Assembly: GCA_049070185.1 (NCBI GenBank)
Contig: JBLYTW010000002.1
Span: forward strand, 136,515-160,514
Origin: Mollicutes bacterium SLUWU-24
Lineage (GTDB): Bacteria > Bacillota_I > Bacilli_A > UBA3375
DNA: 24,000 bases
Direction of reading: 5' to 3'
Below, piece after piece: positions 1 through 9,486 of this stretch. The position numbers and the translations under genes were made by a program. The notes below the pieces were generated by a model. It saw only the letters and a program-made list of their open reading frames with translations. It was not told the DNA's origin and did no database searches. Position 1 is the stretch's first letter. Every line of letters starts with the position of its first letter.

Positions 1-468
1 CTCTTTTTGGTAATTCTGTAATAACTTTACTTCAGGATTTAACAACTCTACATAATCTTCAGTTGTTAATTTTCGGTGTTCATTTTGCATTGTAAATTCA
101 GCTAAATCTTCCATTAATTCAGTAAGTCGATTAAGCGAAACAATTTCCCCATTAACAGTAATTCGATTTTGTGAATGATGATTAAATTTACGTTTAACAT
201 AAAGCTTATCCATAATCTCAATTTCTTGCTCCGCCAACTTTTCAATAATTATTTTGTTGTTACTAAAAACAGCACTAATTTCATAGGCATTTGCTTCTTG
301 TTTAATATATTTTTTCTGTCCTCTTCCACCAAAAAGTTGACTAATTGCACGAAAAACAAGTGATTTTCCGCCACCTGTTTCTCCTATTAATATATTTAAA
401 TTTTGATTAAAATTTAACGTTGCATCTTCAATTAATACAAAGTTTTTTATTGTAATTTGCTCTAGCAT
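1..468 (-). CDS. recN: DNA repair protein RecN, N-terminal 156 codons (the gene continues past the window start)
   Basis: My translation of the minus strand from ATG at 466-468 gives MLEQITIKNFVLIEDATLNFNQNLNILIGETGGGKSLVFRAISQLFGGRGQKKYIK... This is a RecN/SMC-type N-terminus with Walker A GETGGGKS. The start lies 2 nt after the tlyA stop. The dxs-tlyA-recN order resembles the Bacillus dxs-yqxC-(ahrC)-recN locus. Confidence 0.85.
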   Translation of the reverse strand, partial: MLEQITIKNFVLIEDATLNFNQNLNILIGETGGGKSLVFRAISQLFGGRGQKKYIKQEANAYEISAVFSNNKIIIEKLAEQEIEIMDKLYVKRKFNHHSQNRITVNGEIVSLNRLTELMEDLAEFTMQNEHRKLTTEDYVELLNPEVKLLQNYQKE

Positions 469-470
469 TT

Positions 471-1265
471 TTATCCTTGATAAACCACTTGTTTTATTGT
501 TTTTTCACTAACTACATTCTTGTTGTCTTTTGAAAGTAATCCTAAAAATTCACGATTACCACTTCCACCTTTAATTGGTGAAGTCGTCAATTTATTTAAA
601 TATAATCCATGTTCTTGAGCATTAATAATAAAATTATCGATTACTTTTTTATGGATATGTCGATCAGTTATTACACCTTTAGCATTTCGTTTTTCATCTT
701 TTCCAGCTTCAAACTGAGGTTTGATTAAACAAATAAATTTTCCTTCTGTCTTCAAGTTTTTTGCAACATTTTCCATTAATAAACTTGTCGAAATAAAAGA
801 AACATCCATTGTAATATAATCAAATTCTTGTTTAAAAAAGTCATCACTAATTGTTCGAAAATTAGTTTTTTCAAATACACTAACTCGCTCATCAACTCGT
901 AATTTATATACCAATTGATTAGTTCCTACATCTAAGGCACATACATGTTCTGCTCCATGTTGTAGCGCACAATCGGTAAATCCCCCTGTACTTGATCCAA
1001 CATCAAGCATTTGTTTACCTTTAAATTCTAAATTCCAACGCTTAATTGCTTTAGCCAATTTCAAACCACCACGAGAGACATAAGGACAAGCATCCCCTTT
1101 AATTCGTACTTCCTTTATGTCTTCCTCTTTGAAATTTTCTCCTGCTTTATGGACCGGAGTGTTATTTACTAATACTAATCCTGCCATTATATTACGCTTG
1201 GCTTTTTCTCTAGTTTCAAAATAACCATTTTCAACTAAGTATACATCTATTCTTACTTTTGCCAT
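471..1265 (-). CDS. tlyA: TlyA-family rRNA (cytidine-2'-O)-methyltransferase (S4 domain plus FtsJ-like methyltransferase; 'hemolysin A')
   Basis: 264-aa ORF. The N-terminal S4-like segment is RIDVYLVENGYFETREKAKRNIMAGLVLVN, followed by YVSRGGLKL and the SAM-binding motif LDVGSSTGGFTDCALQHGA typical of TlyA/YqxC. Confidence 0.85.
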   Translation of the reverse strand: MAKVRIDVYLVENGYFETREKAKRNIMAGLVLVNNTPVHKAGENFKEEDIKEVRIKGDACPYVSRGGLKLAKAIKRWNLEFKGKQMLDVGSSTGGFTDCALQHGAEHVCALDVGTNQLVYKLRVDERVSVFEKTNFRTISDDFFKQEFDYITMDVSFISTSLLMENVAKNLKTEGKFICLIKPQFEAGKDEKRNAKGVITDRHIHKKVIDNFIINAQEHGLYLNKLTTSPIKGGSGNREFLGLLSKDNKNVVSEKTIKQVVYQG

Positions 1266-1267
1266 AT

Positions 1268-3097
1268 TTATCCTTTTACTGTTTTAATTACACTATCAAC
1301 ATCAATTGCTAATTCTTGTTTTAAGATATCAACATTCCCTTGTTCAACAAACATATCATCAATTGCTATTACATGTAAAGTTACTTGTTTATTCGTTTTT
1401 ACATAGTAATCACTTATTAAGCTATTTAATCCTCCTAAGCGTTGATGTTCTTCAACAATATATAATTGATGCTTACTAATCTCATCCAAACGATTTTCAT
1501 CAATTGGTTTAATAAAACGCGCATTAATTACCCCAATTTTCGGATCATCTGTAAAAATCGTTGCATATTTTTGGACATCTGGACCATAACTAATGATATA
1601 TTTTTCACTTCCTGGAGTTAGAATTGGCCAATTCATATCTGTAATTGGAATAACTGGTTCAAGGGTTTTTGCCAGTTCAAAACAACCTCCACGAGAATAA
1701 CGGGTTGCATATACACCATCATACGCAAAACCAAATGCTAATAAACTACGGATTTCACTCGCCGTTGATCCCATTGAAATAACAATATTTGGCATATGAC
1801 TTAAAAAACTAATATCGTAAATTCCTTGATGGGTTTCACCATCATCACCAACAAGTCCAGCACGATCAATTCCAATAACAACGTTTGTATTTTGTCGAAC
1901 CAAATCATGAAACACTTGGTCATAACTACGTTGTAAGAACGTTGAATAAATTGACACAAATGGTTTTTTACCACCAAGTGCTAATGCACCTGCAAACGTA
2001 ATTGCATGTTCCTCGGCAATTCCAACATCGGTAACTCGATTTGGATATTTTTGTTTTAAGATTTGTAATTCACTTCCATCAAGCATTGCCGGAGTAATTA
2101 CCGCAATCTCTGGGTCTTTATCCATCATTTGGTGAATTGTTTTTGCCACTAAACCTGAATAAGATACTCCCGTTTTCGGTTTTAACACTTCTCCTGTTTC
2201 TACATTAAATGGAGAAATTCCATGCCACTGATTCTGTTCGGCTGGTAAATAACCTTTTCCTTTTTCCGTTTTCACATGAACAATTACCGGACCATTAATA
2301 TTTTTAGCATTTTCAAGTGTTTTAATTAAATCTATATAATCATGTCCATTTACCGGACCATAATATTTATAACCCATTGTATTAAAGAAACTTTTTGCCC
2401 CATTGATTTCACTTTTAAGTTTTCGTTTAAACTTACTAATGAAACGAGCAAGAGCATCACCACCCGGTGATTTATCTAAAGTTTTATGAACAATTTGTTT
2501 TGTTTCATCATAATGACTTGAATATTCTAAATCCTTTAAAATCTTAGCAATATATCCAACATTAGACGATATTGACATTTCATTATCATTAATAACAATA
2601 ATTACTTTTTGATTTAATTCAGCAATGTGATTCAATGCTTCTAGTGCCATTCCATTAGTTAAAGAACCATCACCAATTACGGCAACAACATGATTATTAT
2701 CATTATTCATATCACGAGCATACGCAAAACCACATGCTGCTGAAATACTTGTTGATGAGTGTCCTGCTTCCCATACATCATGCTTTGATTCTTTTAATTT
2801 TAAAAAACCTGATAGTCCTTGATATTGTCGTAACGTTGCAAACTCATCTTTACGTCCTGTTAATAACTTATGAACATATCCTTGATGTCCAACATCAAAT
2901 ATCAACTTATCGGTCGGTGAATCAAAAACATAATGTAATGCTGTTGTTAATTCAACTATTCCTAAATTTGATCCTAAATGTCCACCAGTTTTACTTACAC
3001 TTTCAATTAAAAATGTTCGAATTTCTGCTGATAATGTTATTAATTCTTCAGTTGATAATTCTTTTAATTGTTCCGGTCCCTTTATCCTATCTAACAT
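1268..3097 (-). CDS. dxs: 1-deoxy-D-xylulose-5-phosphate synthase (MEP pathway entry enzyme)
   Basis: About 609 aa. Motifs are GGHLGSNLGIVELTTALHYVF, GHQGYVHKLLTGR and the TPP-binding GDGSLTNGMALEALN. The ORF track starts at GTG 3100. I prefer ATG 3097, which lies 6 nt after a GAGGA RBS. Confidence 0.95.
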   Translation of the reverse strand: MLDRIKGPEQLKELSTEELITLSAEIRTFLIESVSKTGGHLGSNLGIVELTTALHYVFDSPTDKLIFDVGHQGYVHKLLTGRKDEFATLRQYQGLSGFLKLKESKHDVWEAGHSSTSISAACGFAYARDMNNDNNHVVAVIGDGSLTNGMALEALNHIAELNQKVIIVINDNEMSISSNVGYIAKILKDLEYSSHYDETKQIVHKTLDKSPGGDALARFISKFKRKLKSEINGAKSFFNTMGYKYYGPVNGHDYIDLIKTLENAKNINGPVIVHVKTEKGKGYLPAEQNQWHGISPFNVETGEVLKPKTGVSYSGLVAKTIHQMMDKDPEIAVITPAMLDGSELQILKQKYPNRVTDVGIAEEHAITFAGALALGGKKPFVSIYSTFLQRSYDQVFHDLVRQNTNVVIGIDRAGLVGDDGETHQGIYDISFLSHMPNIVISMGSTASEIRSLLAFGFAYDGVYATRYSRGGCFELAKTLEPVIPITDMNWPILTPGSEKYIISYGPDVQKYATIFTDDPKIGVINARFIKPIDENRLDEISKHQLYIVEEHQRLGGLNSLISDYYVKTNKQVTLHVIAIDDMFVEQGNVDILKQELAIDVDSVIKTVKG

Positions 3098-3109
3098 CAC
3101 ATGTCCTCG

Positions 3110-3997
3110 CTATTCTATTTCGTAACCAATTTCTGACATTTTATCAAGTTTTTGTCCCCATTTACTTAACACTTTAACGTGTAAGTCTAGATAAATTGCT
3201 TGATCAAATTCCTTTTTCAATTCCAAACGAGCCGCTTTCCCGATTTCTTTTAGCATTTTCCCGGCACGACCAATAATAATTCCTTTTTGCGAATCACGCT
3301 CAACATAAATGTCAGCTTCGATAACTAAAATCTTTTCTTCTTCTTCCATTCGCTTCACTTTTACACCAACACTATGTGGTACTTCTTCTTTTGTTAAATA
3401 TAATACTTTTTCTCTAATTATTTCTTCAACAAAAAACTCGTCAGTGTAGTCAGTAAATTCTTCACCTTCGTAAAATTTAACTGTTTCTGTTAGTTTTTCT
3501 TTTAATACATTAACAATTCCATCGACATTAAATTTTTCTTTAGCTGACATTGCTAGTACATCACTAAACATTTTATATTCATGTAATTGTTCAACAATCT
3601 TCATTGCTTTTTCTTGACTAATTTTATCGATTTTATTAACAACTGCAATTTTTGGAATATTTGCATATTGTTCTAATTTTGCAATATTTTCTAATTCTTT
3701 TGAACCAATTCCATATTTTGCATCAACTAAATATAAAATTGCATCAACAGCCATCATTGCTTCATCAATTTGATGATTCATATAAACATTTAATTTATTT
3801 TTAGGTTTATGAAAACCTGGAGTATCAATAAAAATGATTTGACTCTCATCATCATTATAGATTCCTCTAATCATATCTCTAGTTGTTTGTACTTTATCTG
3901 ATACAATTGATACTTTACGGCCAATTACCGCATTAATAAAAGTTGATTTCCCGGCATTTGGACTACCTACAACTGCAATAAATCCTGATTTAAACAT
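3110..3997 (-). CDS. era: GTPase Era
   Basis: G1 GSPNAGKST, G3 DTPG, G4 NKID, and a C-terminal KH domain (IIGRAGKMLKEIG). The track start ATG 4003 directly abuts the AGGAG RBS. ATG 3997 has 6-nt spacing and gives MFKSGFIAVVG. The gene overlaps the cdd stop by 8 nt. Confidence 0.93.
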   Translation of the reverse strand: MFKSGFIAVVGSPNAGKSTFINAVIGRKVSIVSDKVQTTRDMIRGIYNDDESQIIFIDTPGFHKPKNKLNVYMNHQIDEAMMAVDAILYLVDAKYGIGSKELENIAKLEQYANIPKIAVVNKIDKISQEKAMKIVEQLHEYKMFSDVLAMSAKEKFNVDGIVNVLKEKLTETVKFYEGEEFTDYTDEFFVEEIIREKVLYLTKEEVPHSVGVKVKRMEEEEKILVIEADIYVERDSQKGIIIGRAGKMLKEIGKAARLELKKEFDQAIYLDLHVKVLSKWGQKLDKMSEIGYEIE

Positions 3998-4403
3998 TAA
4001 CATCTCCTAAGTCGTCTTCACCAAATGCATATGGTACTAGTGCATCTAATGTAACTGTTTTTATTTCTCCACTATAACTTGTCATATGAATTAGCGCTTG
4101 GGGTGGGAAAAACTCCACTAGTACTTGTCGACATAAAGCACACGGTGGAGTTACGTTATTCATGTGTGATATAACAGCAATTTCCTTGAAATCTCCTGGT
4201 TGGTATCCCGCCGAAACGGCACTCACAATAGCACTACGTTCAGCACAGATTGTTGCACCAAATGAAGCATTCTCGACATTTGTTCCAACAAATATTGTAC
4301 CGTCATTAACCATTAGTGCTGCACCAACTGGAAATTTTGAGTATGGAGAATATGTTTTCTCCATTACACTACGAGCATGTTCTACTAGTATATTTTTATT
4401 CAT
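3990..4403 (-). CDS. cdd: cytidine deaminase
   Basis: 137 aa with the zinc-binding motifs CAERSAI and PCALCRQ characteristic of homotetrameric Cdd. The start lies 1 nt after the tyrS stop. Confidence 0.9.
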   Translation of the reverse strand: MNKNILVEHARSVMEKTYSPYSKFPVGAALMVNDGTIFVGTNVENASFGATICAERSAIVSAVSAGYQPGDFKEIAVISHMNNVTPPCALCRQVLVEFFPPQALIHMTSYSGEIKTVTLDALVPYAFGEDDLGDVNV

Positions 4404-4404
4404 A

Positions 4405-5646
4405 TTATACTAATTTAACAAAGGCAAATTTCTTTTTCCCTCGTTTTACCATTAAATATTTTTCCCCAATTGCCATATCTTTTGTTACTACTAATTCTAA
4501 GTCTTGTGTTTTTGTTCCATTAATCGCAATACTATTACCATTAATAAATTCACGTGCTTCACGTCTTGAAGACGCTAAACTTGCACTAATTAATACATCA
4601 ATAATATTTTGATCAGCTGCAACTTCTACCATATCAATATGTGTAAAGTACGTTTCAATTTCATCAACTGTTAATCCTGAAATATCTCCAGTAAATAAAC
4701 ATTCTGAAATTTTCTCTACTTGTTTTACTGCTTCATCACCGTGAACAAAACTAGTTATTGCACGAGCTAATTCACGATGAGCAACACGCATATGTGGACG
4801 TTCTGCAAGTTCAACTTCTAATTTAGCAATTTCTTCTAAACTAATAAACGTAAATGTCTTTAAATATTTAATTACATCAGCATCATTAGTATTTAAGAAA
4901 AATTGATAGAATTCATAAGGAGTCGTTTTTTCGGGATTTAACCAAATTGCTCCACCAGCTGTCTTACCAAATTTTGTTCCATCTGCTTTTGTTACTAATG
5001 GAACAGTTAATCCATATGCTTTAGCGTCTGCATTTTCTTTACGAATTAATTCTAAACCAGAAGTTATATTACCCCACTGATCACTACCACCAATTTGCAA
5101 TTCGCAATTTTCATTTTGGTATAAGTAATTAAAATCCATTGCTTGTAAGATTGTATACGTAAATTCTGTAAAAGAAATTCCAGTCTCTAAACGTGAAGAA
5201 ATCGTATCTTTTCCTAACATATAGTTAATTCCAAAGTTTTTCCCATAGTCACGTAAAAAATCAACAACTGACATTGATCCAATCCAATCATAGTTATTAA
5301 CGAATTTTGTTTTACTACCATCTAAGTATTTTACTAATTGACTTTTAATTTTTGCACTATAATCACTAACAATTTCTTTAGTATTTAAATTTCTTTCTTC
5401 ACTTTTTCCTGAAGGATCACCAATTAAACCAGTTGCTCCCCCAACTACCGCTAGATTATTATGATTATAATTTTCAAAATGCTTCATAATTACAATCGGC
5501 AATAAATGTCCAACATGTAAACTATCTCCGGTTGGGTCAAAACCACAATATAGTGTAATTGGGTCATTTAGACGTTCGATTAATCCTTCATCAGTTATTT
5601 GGTTAATTAAACCACGTTCTTTTAATTCAAAATATACGTTTTTCAT
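4405..5646 (-). CDS. tyrS: tyrosine--tRNA ligase
   Basis: 413 aa. It has the HIGH-type motif (LHVGHLLP), the KMSKS-type motif (KFGKT) and a C-terminal S4-like domain. An AAGGAG RBS sits in the 13-nt gap upstream. Confidence 0.95.
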   Translation of the reverse strand: MKNVYFELKERGLINQITDEGLIERLNDPITLYCGFDPTGDSLHVGHLLPIVIMKHFENYNHNNLAVVGGATGLIGDPSGKSEERNLNTKEIVSDYSAKIKSQLVKYLDGSKTKFVNNYDWIGSMSVVDFLRDYGKNFGINYMLGKDTISSRLETGISFTEFTYTILQAMDFNYLYQNENCELQIGGSDQWGNITSGLELIRKENADAKAYGLTVPLVTKADGTKFGKTAGGAIWLNPEKTTPYEFYQFFLNTNDADVIKYLKTFTFISLEEIAKLEVELAERPHMRVAHRELARAITSFVHGDEAVKQVEKISECLFTGDISGLTVDEIETYFTHIDMVEVAADQNIIDVLISASLASSRREAREFINGNSIAINGTKTQDLELVVTKDMAIGEKYLMVKRGKKKFAFVKLV

Positions 5647-5659
5647 TTTTCTCCTTATC

Positions 5660-6481
5660 CTACTTTATAAATAATTCAAGTCCTTTGGTTGTATCATCAA
5701 TTTTACCAGTAATTTTTTTAATCGCAATATGCGCAAGTACTACACCAATTGCATAAAAATCAATTGGGAAATTTTTAATATTTGGTACTATTTTTGAAAT
5801 TTCTTCGGTATGATCTAGAACATAAATATCTTTTGTAATCCCTTGATTAATCAATGCAGCAGCCTGTTCAATTGTCTGAGTTACATACATATCTAAATCT
5901 GTACTCATTGTTTTTGTTACATCAATAGCATCTTTAAATAAATCACTTAAAATATAATTAGTCATTATTTTATCGGTTGGAAAATAGATACCAGCTTTTT
6001 TTTCATTATATTTTGGATCAATCTTAATATCTAATAAGTTATTATCCATCCCCACAATAATTTTATTAGCAATATCTTTTTCTGGACCAATTTGTACTAC
6101 TGCTTTTATTTCTGAAGAAGCAAGTAAAATATTATTTTCTTCTTCATATTTTTTTAAATCAAAATCATATTCCTTAATAATTGGATCATATTTATAGATT
6201 TGTGTTCCATTTTTAAAACCTTTAATTAATTCTGAATAACAAGGTACTGATATTGATGGTACTAATAACATAATTCGCTTTGTTGCATTTACAGCTGCTA
6301 AATTTCGTGCCGAGTTATTTGGTACATAATTTAATTTTTTAATTGCATCAAGAACTGCACGACGTTTAACATCGCGAACCTTTCCATTATTAATTACTCG
6401 TGAAACAGTTGCAATTGATACTCCTGCTTCTTTTGCCACATCAGTTATTGTTATATATTGTTCTTCTCTTTTTTTTCGCAT
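5660..6481 (-). CDS. LacI-family HTH transcriptional regulator, unusually short (273 aa)
   Basis: The N-terminal LacI-type HTH is ITITDVAKEAGVSIATVSRVINNGKVRDVKRRAVLDAIKKLNYVPNNSARNLA, followed by IMLLVPSISVPCYSELIKGF, which matches the start of the sugar-binding fold. The rest is divergent and about 60 aa shorter than typical family members. Confidence 0.7.
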   Translation of the reverse strand: MRKKREEQYITITDVAKEAGVSIATVSRVINNGKVRDVKRRAVLDAIKKLNYVPNNSARNLAAVNATKRIMLLVPSISVPCYSELIKGFKNGTQIYKYDPIIKEYDFDLKKYEEENNILLASSEIKAVVQIGPEKDIANKIIVGMDNNLLDIKIDPKYNEKKAGIYFPTDKIMTNYILSDLFKDAIDVTKTMSTDLDMYVTQTIEQAAALINQGITKDIYVLDHTEEISKIVPNIKNFPIDFYAIGVVLAHIAIKKITGKIDDTTKGLELFIK

Positions 6482-6508
6482 ATTACTCCTCTAAATCACT
6501 ATTATTTT

Positions 6509-6535
6509 AAAAAGCAAAGACAAAATTGTCTATGC
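6509..6535 (-). terminator. Rho-independent terminator after the YtxH-like gene
   Basis: Hairpin 6514-6535 (GCAAAGACAA/TTGTCTATGC, 9 of 10 bp) starts immediately after the stop at 6539. On the minus strand it is followed by T5 (A-run 6509-6513). Confidence 0.55.
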
Positions 6536-6538
6536 TCT

Positions 6539-6796
6539 TTAAACTTTTTTACTCTCTATTAATTTTAATTTAAACATTATTTCCATTACAAAATTTTTAA
6601 TTAAGTTGTATAATTTTTCGATAAAATCACGTCCGTAAGCGATTAAATTGTTGATAAACACTTCAAATTTTTCTGAATTTTCATCAATTTTTGCTAAAAC
6701 ATCACTTACTTGTAAACCACGTTTATAAGCATAAATTGTTCCAGCCCCAATTAATACACCTGCGGCAAGTGATCCTGTAGTAACTACTTTACTCAA
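6539..6796 (-). CDS. small YtxH-like membrane-anchored protein
   Basis: The preferred start is TTG 6796, 5 nt after a GGAGG RBS, giving MSKVVTTGSLAAGVLIGAGTIYAY... That is a glycine-zipper TM followed by a helical tail. Pairing with a DUF948 gene is typical of the Firmicutes ytxG-ytxH arrangement. The product call rests on architecture only. Confidence 0.45.
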   Translation of the reverse strand: MSKVVTTGSLAAGVLIGAGTIYAYKRGLQVSDVLAKIDENSEKFEVFINNLIAYGRDFIEKLYNLIKNFVMEIMFKLKLIESKKV

Positions 6797-7178
6797 CTTT
6801 ACCTCCAAATTTGTTCATAATTTCTGATGCACTTTTTAATGCACTATTTAAATTACCAACTCCACCTTCAACTGATGTTGTAGTTGAATCAACAAAATCT
6901 TTTGTAATTGATGTAATATCAGATACGTCTTTTGTAATTTTCCCTGTACCTTCCATAATATTTGTTATATTTGCTTCATTTTGATCAACATTTGCAACAA
7001 TTCCTGTTGTTGATTTGGCAATGTCATCTACAGATTTTAAAATATTTTGAATTGATAATTCATTTTTTCGAACAATTTTAAGTACTCGACTTAAAATTTG
7101 GAATAAACGAATTAAAATTAAAATTATTAGTATAAGTATTAATGCATAAAACATTGTTAAATTTAGTTCTATTGTCAT
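6789..7178 (-). CDS. DUF948/YtxG-like membrane-anchored protein
   Basis: 129 aa. It has an N-terminal TM (FYALILILIILILIRLF) followed by a Ser/Thr/Asp-rich helical region, the same architecture as DUF948 general-stress-type proteins. The RBS is GGAGAGG. Confidence 0.5.
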   Translation of the reverse strand: MTIELNLTMFYALILILIILILIRLFQILSRVLKIVRKNELSIQNILKSVDDIAKSTTGIVANVDQNEANITNIMEGTGKITKDVSDITSITKDFVDSTTTSVEGGVGNLNSALKSASEIMNKFGGKVE

Positions 7179-7207
7179 ACCTCTCCTTTTTCATTATAAC
7201 TAAGTTT

Positions 7208-7237
7208 ATTATAACATTTTTAATGTTTTTTTGTTAA
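7208..7237 (-). promoter_or_regulatory. candidate sigma-A promoter for the DUF948/YtxH-like pair
   Basis: Read on the minus strand: -35 TTAACA (7232-7237), an 18-nt spacer, then extended -10 TGtTATAAT (hexamer 7208-7213). It lies about 30 nt upstream of the ATG at 7178. Confidence 0.4.
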
Positions 7238-7255
7238 TTGTTTTCAATTTGATTT

Positions 7256-8041
7256 TTAAATAACGTCCGCCATTATTGGACGTAATTTAATCCAAAAACG
7301 CATTCCAATCATAAAGATTAAGAATATGATAAACCATATATATAAATCGTATGTTATATCTTCCCAGAAAAATTTCTGATACAATAATGTTTCACGATAA
7401 CCAACAATAAAATAATATAATGGGTTAAATAAACGTTCTAAGAAATCTACCATTCCTGGTCGTGTCCAAAGCACAGGAGTAATCCAAAATAATGGTTGCA
7501 TTAATGATGCAACTAAGTTTTGAACATCACGAATTAAAACCGATACTGATGATAGTAAGAAGTTAAGTGATGTTAAAAATACAACCATTGTAAACCAGTA
7601 ATAAATAAAGTTTATATAATATATTGTTGGTGGTTTTCCATTAATTGCGTACACAATCATTACCAAAAACATTACAGCAATATGAACATACACTTTTGCT
7701 AATACTTCAATTAATGGTAAAGCCATTACGGGAAATTTAATTGTTTTAACTAAAATCCGGTTACTTGTAATAACTTTAGTTCCTCCGGTAATTGTTTCGG
7801 ATAATAAAAACCATGGCATTGACCCTGCAAATAAAAATAAAATAAATTTATGTCCATCAACTGGGGCTCCACTACGAAGTCCAATTGAAAAGAACAACCA
7901 AAACGTTAATACATATGTCATTGGTTTTACAACAGCCCACCCCATTCCAAAAGCTGTTTCTAAATAAGTTGTCTTTACTTTTTGGTAAGATAAAAACTTA
8001 ATTTCGTGTCGGTATTGATACAGCGATTTAAGATACTTCAT
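7256..8041 (-). CDS. ABC-2 type polysaccharide/teichoic-acid exporter permease (TagG/Wzm-like)
   Basis: 261 aa with about 6 hydrophobic segments. The N-terminus is typical of the ABC-2 family (YRHEIKFLSYQKVKTTYLETAFGMGWAVVKP). It overlaps the upstream ATPase gene by 14 nt. Confidence 0.8.
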   Translation of the reverse strand: MKYLKSLYQYRHEIKFLSYQKVKTTYLETAFGMGWAVVKPMTYVLTFWLFFSIGLRSGAPVDGHKFILFLFAGSMPWFLLSETITGGTKVITSNRILVKTIKFPVMALPLIEVLAKVYVHIAVMFLVMIVYAINGKPPTIYYINFIYYWFTMVVFLTSLNFLLSSVSVLIRDVQNLVASLMQPLFWITPVLWTRPGMVDFLERLFNPLYYFIVGYRETLLYQKFFWEDITYDLYIWFIIFLIFMIGMRFWIKLRPIMADVI

Positions 8042-8804
8042 ATTTACCTGCCTTTATTTCTGATATTATTTGTTCAAGACTTTTTTCTTTTCGCATAAAT
8101 TGACGATAAAGTCCGGAAACAATTTTTGCTTCTCCTTGACAAATAAGTTCTCCTTTTTGAATCCAGCATGCACGATCGCAAATTGAATTTACTGCGCCTT
8201 CTGAATGCGACACATACAAAATAGTTACACCACTTGCTTGTAAGTCTCTAATTTTCTGATGACACTTAGCTTGAAAACGAGCATCACCTACAGCTAAGGC
8301 TTCATCAACAATTAAAATATCAGGTTCAACGTGAATGGCAATTGCAAATCCTAGTTTTGCTTTCATCCCTGAAGAATACTTTTTAACTGGTTGGGCAATA
8401 AATTCTCCTAGTTCCGAAAATTCAATTATTGATTCTAAACGTTCATCAACTTGCTTACGTGTTAGACCCATCAGTCCACATTTATAATAAATATTTTCAT
8501 ATCCTGTATATCCTGCAATTATTCCGGCTCCAACATTTAAAAGTGAAACTTTACCACGAGTAATTGCTTTTCCACTTGTTGGCTGAGTAGTACCATTAAT
8601 AATATTTAATACGGTACTCTTTCCACTACCGTTTCCACCTAATACGCCAAATGTTTCACCTTTTTTTACTTTAAACGAAACATTATTTAAAGCTAAATGT
8701 TCTTTATGTCGATTTCCACCAAAAACTACTTCTTTTAATATTTCTTTTTCATTTTTATATAAATTGTATTTTTTGGTTACATTCTTAACTTCTATTACAT
8801 TCAT
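8028..8804 (-). CDS. ABC exporter ATP-binding protein (TagH/Wzt/KpsT-like, short form)
   Basis: Walker A GGNGSGKST, signature YSSGMKAKL, Walker B ILIVDEAL. I prefer start ATG 8804 (MNVIEVKNVTKKY, GGAGA RBS), because the track's 14-codon extension is occupied by a promoter-like element. Confidence 0.85.
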   Translation of the reverse strand: MNVIEVKNVTKKYNLYKNEKEILKEVVFGGNRHKEHLALNNVSFKVKKGETFGVLGGNGSGKSTVLNIINGTTQPTSGKAITRGKVSLLNVGAGIIAGYTGYENIYYKCGLMGLTRKQVDERLESIIEFSELGEFIAQPVKKYSSGMKAKLGFAIAIHVEPDILIVDEALAVGDARFQAKCHQKIRDLQASGVTILYVSHSEGAVNSICDRACWIQKGELICQGEAKIVSGLYRQFMRKEKSLEQIISEIKAGKYEVS

Positions 8805-8831
8805 TGTTCTCCAATTCATATCTACCATATA

Positions 8832-8859
8832 ATTATACCAAATCATTTTTTAAATGCAA
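8832..8859 (-). promoter_or_regulatory. candidate sigma-A promoter of the ABC exporter operon
   Basis: Read on the minus strand: -35 TTGCAT (8854-8859), a 16-nt spacer, then extended -10 TGgTATAAT (hexamer 8832-8837). It lies about 28 nt upstream of ATG 8804. Confidence 0.5.
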
Positions 8860-8922
8860 TTTTATTTATAACTTTAACCCCCAATTTTAATCACTTTACT
8901 TAATAAAAAATCAATTAAATGT

Positions 8923-8947
8923 AAAAAAACAGGCAATTTAATGCCTG
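8923..8947 (-). terminator. Rho-independent terminator after hpt
   Basis: Stem CAGGCA/TGCCTG (8930-8935 / 8942-8947) with a 6-nt loop. On the minus strand it is followed by T7 (A-run 8923-8929). It lies 6 nt past the hpt stop. Confidence 0.6.
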
Positions 8948-8952
8948 CTTAA

Positions 8953-9486
8953 TTAATCTTCTAATTTTAAAACTTTATATACATGTGGTAAATGACGATA
9001 ACGATTTGCATAGTCTAAACCATATCCAACTAAGAAATAATTTGGTAATGTGAAACCAATTAAATCTGCTTTTACATTATTTGTATTTGTTCCTTCTTTT
9101 TCAAAAATCGAAATAGTTTCTACTGATTTAGCTTTTTGGTGTTTAAAATATTCTTTTAAATATGCTAATGTCGTTCCAGTATCAACGATATCTTCTAAAA
9201 CAATAACCGGACGGTTTGTAATATCGATATCTAAATCTTTTAAAATTTTCACTTTTCCACTTGATTTTGAACTTTTTCCGTATGACGATAAACTCATTAC
9301 ATCAACTTCTAAATCAATTTCCATTTTTTGTGTTAAATCACTCATAAAGTATAAAGCACCACGCATAATTCCAACAATTACTGGATTTTGATTTGCGTAT
9401 TTTTCATCTAAATACTTTGCAATTTCACTAACTTTTGTTTGAATTTCTTCATTACTTAACACTATTTCAATGTTTTCTTTATTCAT
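8953..9486 (-). CDS. hpt: hypoxanthine(-guanine) phosphoribosyltransferase
   Basis: 177 aa. It has the PRPP-binding motif VIVLEDIVDTGTTL and a C-terminal GYGLDYANRYRHLP typical of Hpt. It overlaps the purB stop by 8 nt. Confidence 0.9.
   Translation of the reverse strand: MNKENIEIVLSNEEIQTKVSEIAKYLDEKYANQNPVIVGIMRGALYFMSDLTQKMEIDLEVDVMSLSSYGKSSKSSGKVKILKDLDIDITNRPVIVLEDIVDTGTTLAYLKEYFKHQKAKSVETISIFEKEGTNTNNVKADLIGFTLPNYFLVGYGLDYANRYRHLPHVYKVLKLED

Noticed and set aside
2734-3177. Plus-strand ORFs antisense to well-supported minus-strand genes. They are 175-363, 2734-3177, 4162-4413, 4316-4612, 9050-9391, 9795-9980, 9958-10419, 12464-12688, 13732-14001, 14101-14490 and 17575-17763.
   Set aside because: Each lies fully inside or opposite a gene with unambiguous family motifs. 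Their translations are low-complexity (Leu/Ile/Phe/Ser-rich) with no RBS or recognisable motif. These are typical shadow ORFs of AT-rich coding DNA.
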